From contig NC_043014.1 of the NCBI RefSeq assembly GCF_006345805.1, positions 33,728,001 to 33,792,000 on the forward strand: DNA of 64,000 nucleotides, read 5' to 3'. The position numbers and the translations under genes were made by a program. Source of the stretch: Octopus sinensis. Its lineage: Eukaryota. Below, in pieces: positions 54,645-64,000 of the stretch. Below the pieces are notes generated by a model. The model was not told the DNA's origin. It ran no database searches and saw only the letters and a list, made by a program, of their open reading frames with translations. Positions within the stretch are counted from its first letter, which is position 1. Each line of letters opens with the position of its first letter.

Positions 54645-55166
54645 CTTTGCAAAAAAGCCGTCAAAAATATCAGAGGAAGAAGTAAAGTTGTTTCTTTAAA
54701 TCAAAAACAAAATGGTGTTTATTTTTATATAATGTATAAAAAAAGGAAAATGAAGGAAAAGGTTAAAATATTTTAAATATCTCAAATTACTATATTTTTT
54801 GTGGAAGAGGATAGCAAATGGATTTGAATGTGACTGAAAAAAACATCACCGAATGAATATCAATATTTCCCCGCTGGTGAATCTTTTCGGTTAATCCTTT
54901 CTCTTAAATTGTAATGTGTTGTTGTTTTGTTGTCGCCATTGTTGTTGTTGTCGTCGTTGTTGTTGTTGTTACTATTGCCGATGTTATTATTGTTACAGTT
55001 CCTGCTCTCTTTGCTGGTCATGCTGCTGCCACCACTGCTGCCGTTTCTGCCGCTTTTGTTCATGTCCTTTATTAGGCCTGCTTTGGCCATGCAAACCTAT
55101 GATAGGAAACAGCTGCAACCAACATGTTTTAGTCAGCCAACGTTTCTAGGGAGTCATTACCTAATG

Positions 55167-55412
55167 CTGTTGTTCTCAACCAAGATCCATATGACTCTTG
55201 GAGGTCCTCATAAGATTTTGTTGTTTAAATTTTTGTGCAATAAATTGGTTAATCTTCAGAGTGGCTGTGTGGTAAGTAGCTTGTTTACCAACCACATGGT
55301 TCCGGGTTCAGTCCCACTGCGTAGCATCTTGGGCAAGTGTCTTCTACTATAGCGTCGGGCCGACCAAAGCCTTGTGAGTGGATTTGGTAGACGGAAACTG
55401 AAAGAAGCCCGT

Positions 55413-55453
<41 letters not shown>

Positions 55454-55818
55454 TTGTCCCCCTAGCATTGCTTGACAACCGATGCTGGTGTGTTTATGTC
55501 CCCGACACTTAGCGGTTCGGCAAAAGAGACCGATAGAATAAGTACTGGGCTTACAAAGAATAAGTCCCGGGGTCGAGTTGCTCGATTAAAAGGCAGTGCT
55601 CCAGAATGGCCGTAGTCAAATGACTGAAACAAGTAAAGGAGTAAAAGAGTAAAAGAGAGTATACAAAATATTTTAACAAAATCTTTAATACAATTTCTAG
55701 TAATATTTAACTATAAAAACATAACAGGATGTTTTAAATGCTGAATGGCTATAGGAGTCCCGTAGAGTAGAATAAACATCAAAGGGGTCCATAGATAAAA
55801 TATGGTTGGGAACCTCTG
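55167..55818. mobile_element. hAT-like MITE interrupted by a SINE family A copy (55258-55660)
   Basis: ctgttgttctcaacc...ggttgggaacctctg ends; homologous to 12009-12791 on both sides of the nested SINE. Confidence 0.65.
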
Positions 55819-55893
55819 ATCTAAAGGGTCCGTCCTTCTTTAAGACAGTAGGGTGTGATTAGAGTGAGGTTTTGCTGATATCAGATCGAGTGA

Positions 55894-55975
55894 CGTCGAG
55901 CAAAAGGGCAAAAGCTCGCTCGATCTCGATTTTCAGTACGAATACGGACCGCGAAAGCGTGGCCCATCGATCCTT
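55894..55975 (+). pseudogene. Isolated 28S (LSU) rRNA fragment, about 80 bp
   Basis: gagcaaaagggcaaaagctcgctcgatctcgattttcagtacgaatacggaccgcgaaagcgtggcccatcgatcctt matches, from recall, the conserved eukaryotic 28S segment (...aagggcaaaagctcgcttgatcttgattttcagtacgaatac...). The flanks are not rDNA. Confidence 0.85.
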
Positions 55976-56889
55976 TCCTTGTGTTGTCACAAAGCAAATT
56001 TTATCGAAGTGGGTGTTTTTACTAAAAGATACAGTATATAAATTAAGTCAAGTAGTTGGACATTGTCCATGGCCTTTCCAACCCCTCCCTCAAGACCAGT
56101 GGTGATTAATGAGGCTCAGAGTTATGCAACGAGGGAGGTAGTAGCATAAATTGGCCCTGTATTAAGGCTACAAACATACGTACTTACTCACAAACACACA
56201 CGCACATACACATTTGTTTTCAACTGTTCTATGTTGTACACCACATTTGTCCGTCCGTCCGAAATTGCCATCTTTTTTTGAGTATGCCCAAGTATGAGAC
56301 AACTTGCGGCTACCTTCGTTGTTGTCACTCGTAAAAAAAAAATAATGTTCTATCTATGCGAGCTTTAAAAGACGGATTTTGCTTGTTTCAGTCATTCGAC
56401 TACGAACAAGCTGGAGCACTGCCTTGAAGTGTTTAGTCGAACAAACCTACCTTAGTACTTATTTTAAAGTTTGATACTTATTTTATCAGTCTGTTTTGCC
56501 GAACCGCTTAGTTTCGGGGACTCAACGAACTAATAATATTGGTTGTCAAGCAATGTGGAAACACAAACGCAGACAAGTACATACACACACACATACACAC
56601 ATACACACACACACACACACACAAACAAACACAAACAATCACATGCAAACACATATAATATATGAATATGCGAAAGACTTCTATATAGTTTCGCTTATCG
56701 AAATTCACTTACAAGACATTGGCTGACCCGGGATTGTAGCTTCAACTACAAAAACATTCTAATAGGGATGCTATGTGATTTAGATCAACTACAGTTATGC
56801 AACTGCATAATGTTTATGGTTAAGAAGTGTATGCCACGTTATTAAGGCTACTAATCTCACTGAGTGTACTAAAAGCGAGAATGTAATCA

Positions 56890-57688
56890 TCTATTATATA
56901 AAATCCGTTCTGTCTGTCTGTGTGTGTGTCTTCTAGGATCTTGGGCATACTCCATCCGATTGCGCTCAAATTTGATATGTAGATACCGACGGTATCAGGG
57001 CGTGTTTAAGTCTTGAAAAAATTACAAAAATCGATTCCAGGTGAGAATGCGATCGATAAAGTGAATAAAATCGTTTTTCTTTGGAATAGAAAAAAAGTCT
57101 ATCTTTATTTCTTCTTTTGCTGGTGTCTCAAATTTAAGTTAAATCAGTGTTTCTCAAAGGGGAGGCCTATGGGAAGGTCGGATAAGTTGTTTTGAGAAAA
57201 TTTGGTTTAAATGTTTGACAACTCAGCACTTGGACAGAAGGCGTTTTGCTCGTGGTCTAGAATTATATCCATACCAAACATCAACAGTTGATGAGCGGCA
57301 TCTTGAGGATTGTGCATTTTATTGGCCAGTTTTATATCGAATGATCGAGAGTCAGAAGCCCCTAGAATCTATATATCCCTCTTAGTAAAACCGAAGACGT
57401 TAATTACTCTGATGAATTAATATGACCATGTTTATCGCAGCCAATACTACACTTTGATCTTCGCCAAAAATTTGATCTTAGCCAAAGCTTCGACGGCTAC
57501 AGATCTAATATCGTATAGACAGGAATTCGTAGAATTCTTGATATTTGTTCTCACTGTATGTAGAACAGTTTGAATATTTCAATGTGTGGTTTTCCTCTGA
57601 GCATAAATTCAATATGCCTCCATTAAGAACAATTCTAAGCCATTTATAAGCTACTTTCCAGCTTAAGCAACGCCAGGTATTCTGCTAG
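56890..57688 (+). mobile_element. Non-autonomous Helitron, second family
   Basis: A|TCTATTATATAAAA start with (CTGT)n; 3' end cttaagcaacgccaggtattctgCTAG|T is related to the other Helitron ends. Confidence 0.75.
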
Positions 57689-58586
57689 TATATAATACTG
57701 AAAAAACTAGTTTTGTATCAAAAGCTGCTTCAGTAGCAGTTCCTTCTTCACGTTACTGGAATGCGTTAGACTGGAAAATGTGAGATGATATTGGGGAGCA
57801 ACTGTAGAAATGGATACAGTGTTGTTGTTATTTGCGATGTAGGTGGTGGGATGTGGTAGAGGTGGTGGATGTGGCGGAGGTGGTGGTGGTGGTGGCGGCG
57901 GCGGCAGTGGTGGCAGTGATGGCAGTGGCGGTAATAGTGATAACAGAGCTATTGATGTACTTATTATTGTTGTTGCTTTTGTTATTGCGTAGTAGCTGTT
58001 AGTCTATTAGCTCTGATGATGCTTATAGTATTGGGTTCTCTAAGGCGGCGAGCTGGCAGAAACGTTAGCGCGCCGGGCGAAAAGCTTAGCGGTATTTCGT
58101 CTGTCGTTACGTTCTGAGTTCGAATTCCACTGAGGTCCACTTTGCCTTTCATCCTTTCGGGGTCGATAAATAAAGTACCAGTTTCGCATTGGGGGTGTTG
58201 TTGCTGTTGATGTTATTATGGGATGTCATTGGTAATATTGCAGAAGAAAAACGCTTTAAAATCTCATATATAAAAAATAGGATACTTTTCGTTGCAGTAA
58301 TGGCTACTATTGTATATGCTATCACCACCACCAATTTGGTCCTGATTCAGTAGAACTATATCGTGTAGTAGTTGGTCAAGCGCTTAGATAAGACCTGCTG
58401 ATCTATGTTTTGTGTGTATGATACTTCCATCAAGTAGAGCACCATGCTTTACACTTAGACATGCGACGGTTAACACTTTGTCTATCCTGTGAATCACACG
58501 TGATACACAAGACATATTTCCTTGGAGCCTATGCATCATATAAGACACATAATCCCAATTTTTTCAACCTCAAGAATAACTTGGAA

Positions 58587-58991
58587 GGCGGCGAGAAACG
58601 TTAGTGAGCCAGGCAAAATGCTTAGCGGTGTTTCGTTTGCCGTTACGTTCTGAGTTCAAATTCCGCCGAGGTCGACTTTGCCTTTCAGCCTTTCGGGGTC
58701 GATAAATTATGTACCGGTTACGCACTGGGATCGATATAATCGACTTAATCCGTTTGTCTGTCCTTATTTGTTCTCTCTGTTTAGCCCCTTGTGGGCAGTA
58801 AAGAAATAGATATTTCGACTGTCGCTACGTTCTGAGTTCAAATTCCACCGAGGTTGACTTTGCCTTTCATCCTTTCGGGGTCGATAAATAAAGTACCAGT
58901 TACGCACTGGGGTCGATCTAATCGACTTAATCCGTTTGTCTGCCCTTGTTTGTCCCCTCTATATTTAGCCCCTTGTGAGCAATAAAGAAAT
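58587..58991 (+). mobile_element. SINE family B dimer with 15-bp TSD
   Basis: TSD aagaataacttggaa at 58572-58586 and 58992-59006; one head and two bodies. Confidence 0.9.
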
Positions 58992-59218
58992 AAGAATAAC
59001 TTGGAACTTATGAAATTTTGGCCCAAGGGCAGCAATTTCTGGGGAGGAATTAAATCGATTATAACGATTCCAAGTGTTCAACTGGTACTTATTCATCCAA
59101 AAGGATGAAAAACAAAGTCGACCCAGGAAATGCCGCTAAGCCTTTTGCCCGGCGTGCCAACGATTCTGCCAGCTCGCCGCCTTCAAGGAAACCATTATAT
59201 TCATTATTGTTTGTTGTT

Positions 59219-59264
59219 AACACAACGTTTCGGTTGAAATACCCTCCAGCCTTCATCAGGTGTC
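59219..59264 (-). ncRNA. Minimal type I hammerhead ribozyme with canonical core
   Basis: Minus strand: GACAC-CUGAUGA-a-GGCUG-gaggguauuu-CAACC-GAAA-CG-UU-GUGUU. 5-bp stem I, 4/5-bp stem II, palindromic AACGUU stem III. Confidence 0.8.
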
Positions 59265-59975
59265 TTGGTTGGGGGTATATCAGTCGAAATGTTGTGTTAA
59301 CAACAAACAAGATAAGAACTAATATCCGTCAAATGTAAATAGTGTAAATAATGTACATAATTCCTCATCTCTTAAATATAGAACTAAAGTATTATATTAT
59401 TCAGAACGTATGAATCAAGGAATAGCTAAAAGTTTGAAAATAAAAATGCACGTTTGGGACAAATTTATGAAAAGCTTCGGACAGACAAAAGAGTAATATT
59501 ATAGGTGTAGTCCGTTACTGCTCTTTTTAACCACTATCCAGTCTGTTTACCGTAGGTTCTGGTATTGGCCAGAATATATCTGTATGCAAAAATTATCAAC
59601 ACCATCATCAATGCCGTCGCCAAAATTAGTTTTAGTCATTAATTAACCCAAAGTCATCCCTGATCAAGCATGCCTAGATTTAAGTGTTCTAGGAAGGACT
59701 CTCTCGGCTTTTTTTTTTTTTACCCAGGCATAGCATATCTAAGATTGTATTATCGAACACCTTCACATTTTAGACAATAGGGTGTGATTTAGCTGCAATT
59801 TCTAGCAAGTTTAAATAGACACGTATAGCACTTTAGTTTTTAGGTAGGTACTTCGGTAAAATTGATATATTTTACGAAATGTTGAAGTTTTCGTCAAAAT
59901 AATCACAAAACAAAGATCTAACAAGGGCTCTCATGTATTTCAAAGTTTTCTTCTGCAGTTATACCGACCTCTAGC

Positions 59976-60120
59976 ATTTTTCTTTGTTATGCAATAAGAG
60001 AATCACTCTTAGCCATTTAGCGTCATTCATATGGGATTTCACTTTAACGAACATATCCAATCCTGTTAACATCTACTACCGCAATAATTACTATGTAATC
60101 TGTGAGCTCCTGTTGACGTA

Positions 60121-60174
<54 letters not shown>

Positions 60175-60349
60175 GCACGCACACACATATATATATATTA
60201 AGTCACTGGTAGTTCGTAGATTGCGCAGCAATTACAATGGTAGTAATAGTTGTTGTTAAGAGTATTGGATATGATCGCTAAAGTGAAATTCCATATGAAC
60301 GATGCTAAATAGTTAAGAGTGATTCCCTTGCCGTTTAACAAAGAAAAAT
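59976..60349. mobile_element. Fold-back/MITE-like element with about 140-bp diverged arms around a (CA)n/(TA)n core
   Basis: 59976-60117 is an imperfect reverse complement of 60202-60349. This is also visible as similar peptides in the opposite-strand ORFs (ITLSHLASFIWDFTL and ITLNYLASFIWNFTL). Confidence 0.75.
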
Positions 60350-60869
60350 ATCCGATGCTAATATAGGATGACTCAGACCGGCATAACTGTTCCATTATTG
60401 GTGGGATAAACTAATCCATCCAGCAATTAACAAACACAGCATTTAAATCATGTGTATATTAAATAATTTGTATGTGTGTGTATGTATATATATACATAAT
60501 TTATATATCACGTGATCACGTAACCGACCAGGCTATCAGATGTTATTACACATCGCTGGTCACAATGCGCTTCGCATTGTTTTTAGCCCTCAAATGACGC
60601 CACCCCACTGGCTAAGCGAGCAGGCCAATATATATACACATACATACATAATTTAGATAGGTTTCGGCCAAAGATTGGCCTAGGCCATGTCAAACTTAAT
60701 AGAGAGACCTGCATGAGGTCGATGTAGGTGTCATCGACAAAACTGGATCTTCTGTGAAGAGTTCCAGATGAACCCACCTCGTGACAAGAAACTCAGAGTT
60801 TGATGTTGCAGAGGGCAGCAACATCAAACTCCCTAATTCATCAAATGCCACATATCAGAGGAAGTTTCA

Positions 60870-61426
60870 TATTTCTTTACTGCCCACAAGGAGGTACACA
60901 CAGAGGGGACAAACAAGAACAGACAAATGGATTAAGTCGATTATATCAACCCCAGTGCGTAACTGGTACTTATTTAATCGACCCCGAAAGGATGAAAGGC
61001 AAAGTCGACCTCGGCGGAATTTGAACTCAGAACGTAGCGGCAGACGAAATACCTATTTCTTTATTACCCACAAGGGGCTAAACATAGAGGGGTCAAACAA
61101 GGACAGACATAGGTATTAAGTCATTTACATCGACCCCAGGGCGTAACTGGTACTTAATTTATCAACCCCGAAAGGTTGAAAGGCAAAGTCGACCTCGGCG
61201 GAATATGAACTCAGAACGTAGTGGCAGACGAAATACCTATTTCTTTATTACCCACAAGGGGCTAAACACAGAGGGGACAAACAAGGACAGACATAGGTAT
61301 TAAGTCGATTACATCGACCCCAGTGCGTAACTGGTACTTAATTTATCGACCCCGAAAGGATGAAAGGCAAAGAAATACCGCTAAGCATTTCGTCCGGCGT
61401 GCTAACGTTTCTGCCAGCTCGCCGCC
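60870..61426 (-). mobile_element. SINE family B trimer (184-bp period) with a single TSD
   Basis: Units start at 60871, 61055 and 61239; flanks agaggaagtttca at 60857-60869 and 61427-61439. Confidence 0.9.
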
Positions 61427-62348
61427 AGAGGAAGTTTCAACCAGTGAAACTGTAGCAAAGCTAATGGCGGTGCCCCAGCATGACCGTAACTCTCGAGCTG
61501 AAACTAATGAAAGAAAGAAAAAAATAACAGGGAAAATATATATATATATATTTATGCATACGATGACACATAGTCATGTGGTTAGGATGTTGTACTCAGG
61601 ATCATGAGATCGTAATTTCGGTTTCTGGACCGGGTGGTCACGTTGCTCAGCGATTACTTTGATGCCGGATGTGGTGGACCGTGCATCTGTTCAGGCAACC
61701 GCTATTTGAGGAGGGAGTGAGCTAATATACAACACAAACATTTGAACACTGTAAACAAATCATTTATGAAGATTGTTCAGCAAGAAATTGCACAAAACGT
61801 CTTTCTCGGAGTACGAGAGGCCACCATCATACATATACATATAGATACATATAAATATGTATGTAAACACACTCACACACATAATCGCTTACAAGATGTT
61901 AAGAAAAGTTTTGTCTCAGACGAATTGAGGTTTAGATTGCCTTTCGCAAAGATATTGCTAATGCTTTTCGTAAATTTCAGTTTCCATTCCCAAAAGTAAG
62001 AAATAATATTGTGTAAACTTTACGATTGTAAAGGGTTTTAAGGCAAAAAAAGGAGAGAGACAAAAAAGAGATAGAGAGAGAGTATAAATGAGAGTAAGAA
62101 AAGAGATGATGAGAATGACAGGCTGAGAAAGAAATGGGAGTAGAGAGAGTAAAATCAAGGCGGGAGTAAAGATTTATGTATATTAACGAAGCAGAAAGAT
62201 GGCGTAGGTTGAGAAAGTGAAAGTAGAAAGGGAGGAGGAAATGAGAAGAATAAGTAAGAATAAGAGACTAAAAAAAAGGTATATAGGTGTGTATCTATAT
62301 CTGTGGGTGTGCGTATCTGGACATCTGTGCCTGTATGTGGTATGTGTG

Positions 62349-62382
<34 letters not shown>

Positions 62383-62579
62383 CAATGTGTGTCAAAAATC
62401 TCAAAACGAGAGCAGTGAGAGATAGTGTAGGGGGTAGGTGTTACACATGTGCGTGAAAGAAGTGTGTAGGTTTGTGCGTGCTTGTGATGAGTATGAGAGA
62501 GTGTGTATACTAGTGTATGTGTGTGTGCTTATGTATGTATGTATGTATGTATGTATGTATGTATGTGTGTGTGTGTGCG

Positions 62580-62622
<43 letters not shown>

Positions 62623-63695
62623 ATATGTTTATGTATATGTGCTTGCGTTTGTAGAATAGCGTGCGCGCGCGCACGAGAGAAATTGTAGATACAGCAATAA
62701 GAAAGAAACAATATGTATTTGTGTGTGCTCGCTTGAGCGGGAGAATGAGTGAAAGGTAAAGAGAGTCTGCGAGGGAGGCAGGGAAAAATGGCAGCGAGAA
62801 GAGGAGCGAAAAGTGAACATAAATTGGAATGACATTTAATTAAATTCAAAATGAGAGAGCCGGGTGGTAAGGTAGTGGTATGGAGGTGGTGGTGGTTTGG
62901 TGTTAATTGTATTGTAGGGGTACGGGTGATGATGGTAGTAGTGGTGGTGGTGGTGGTGGTGGTGGTGGTGGTGGCGGTAGTGATAGTGGTGGTGGTGGTG
63001 GCACTGGTGGTGGTAGTGGTGGTGGTAGTGGTATGTGGTGGTGTACTATAGTGGTGATAGTGACAGTAAACGAGAAGAAAAGAGGATAAAAACGATAAGT
63101 CAGAGTGGGAACGCCTGTTCGGAGGTGCCTCTATGGATTACACGCACGCACACACACACACACACGCACACACACACACATACACACACACACAAGCATG
63201 CATACACGTATGTATGTATGTATGTATGTATGTATGTATGTATGTATGTATGTATGTATGTATGTATGCATGTATGTATGTATGTATCTATATGTATATG
63301 TATATGTATGTATGTTTGTATGTATGTATGTATGTATGTATGTATGAATGTATGTATATATGTATGTATACTAATGGAAAGGCACGTGGCTCAGTGGTTA
63401 AAGTGTAGTATTCAAGATCGTAAAATACTAAATACTAGTTTCTATCCCTGGATCGTACGATGCATCGTCCTAATCCACTCAGCGGAGTTATCCTGCGACG
63501 GAACGATCCGCCCAAGGAGAAATATATTTAAACAGAATCCGGGAAAAAGGGATTTATGAGCCTATGACTCGGGAGGCACCTTCGATCTTATTTGATATAT
63601 CTTAATAACAGTCTGACACAGCTCCATCTGACTTAAATTGTATGGGCTCGTAGGATGATCCCATCTCGTACCACATTTTGTTCGTTTTGCCACTC

Positions 63696-63735
<40 letters not shown>

Positions 63736-63875
63736 TAGAGTACATTTAAACACAAAGAGGCGAGCCTTAACAGGTCGCCTAACATACTAGAAGAAACAGT
63801 CAAAAAGTCCAAACTAGGCCACTGGTAGAAAAAATTCCTACAATTTTTTCTACCCTATATTAATTTTAAGAAATC

Positions 63876-63908
<33 letters not shown>

Positions 63909-63927
63909 ATATATATATAATATATAT

Positions 63928-63958
<31 letters not shown>

Positions 63959-64000
63959 GTGTGTGTATGTATGTATACATATATATGTGTGTGTGTGTAT

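Noticed and set aside
54860-55149. Asn/Ser-rich or Cys-rich ORFs as a second exon
   Set aside because: Trinucleotide low-complexity sequence with no homeodomain residues or clear splice sites.
58330-58560. Very decayed mariner-like coding trace on the minus strand
   Set aside because: Resemblance is too weak to support without an alignment.
60870-61426. CRISPR-like regular repeats
   Set aside because: No unique spacers; these are tandem SINE bodies in eukaryotic DNA.

Overview
Eukaryotic, AT-rich, microsatellite-saturated genomic DNA with one 100-N scaffold gap (19180-19279). The repeat repertoire looks like an octopus/cephalopod genome, which is an inference from repeat character. Almost all long ORFs in the track are translations of (TA)n, (CA)n, (TATG)n, (GATA)n or trinucleotide repeats. 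The one convincing host coding segment is an exon at 28427-29114 (+) with poly-Pro/poly-Ser tracts, an eh1/FIL-type repressor motif (SFLIKDILG) and a perfect GTAAGT donor. It is probably the first coding exon of an NK/Bar-type homeobox gene, but I did not find its homeobox in the window. The rest is mobile DNA: at least three tRNA-headed SINE families, three non-autonomous Helitrons, decayed mariner/Tc1 transposases, L1/Tx1-like and CR1-like LINE fragments, MITEs, and an isolated 28S rRNA fragment. The most interesting signal is a set of short, non-coding, fold-back elements, mostly embedded in (TA)n tracts, that carry minimal type I hammerhead ribozyme motifs on the minus strand. The best example is a 360-bp tandem repeat (2159-2892) with two identical hammerheads carrying a U3-A8 core covariation and ending in an inverted partial copy. 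This is a Penelope-like/retrozyme-like architecture that would predict a 360-nt self-cleaved, possibly circular, RNA. Folds were worked out by eye, not computed.
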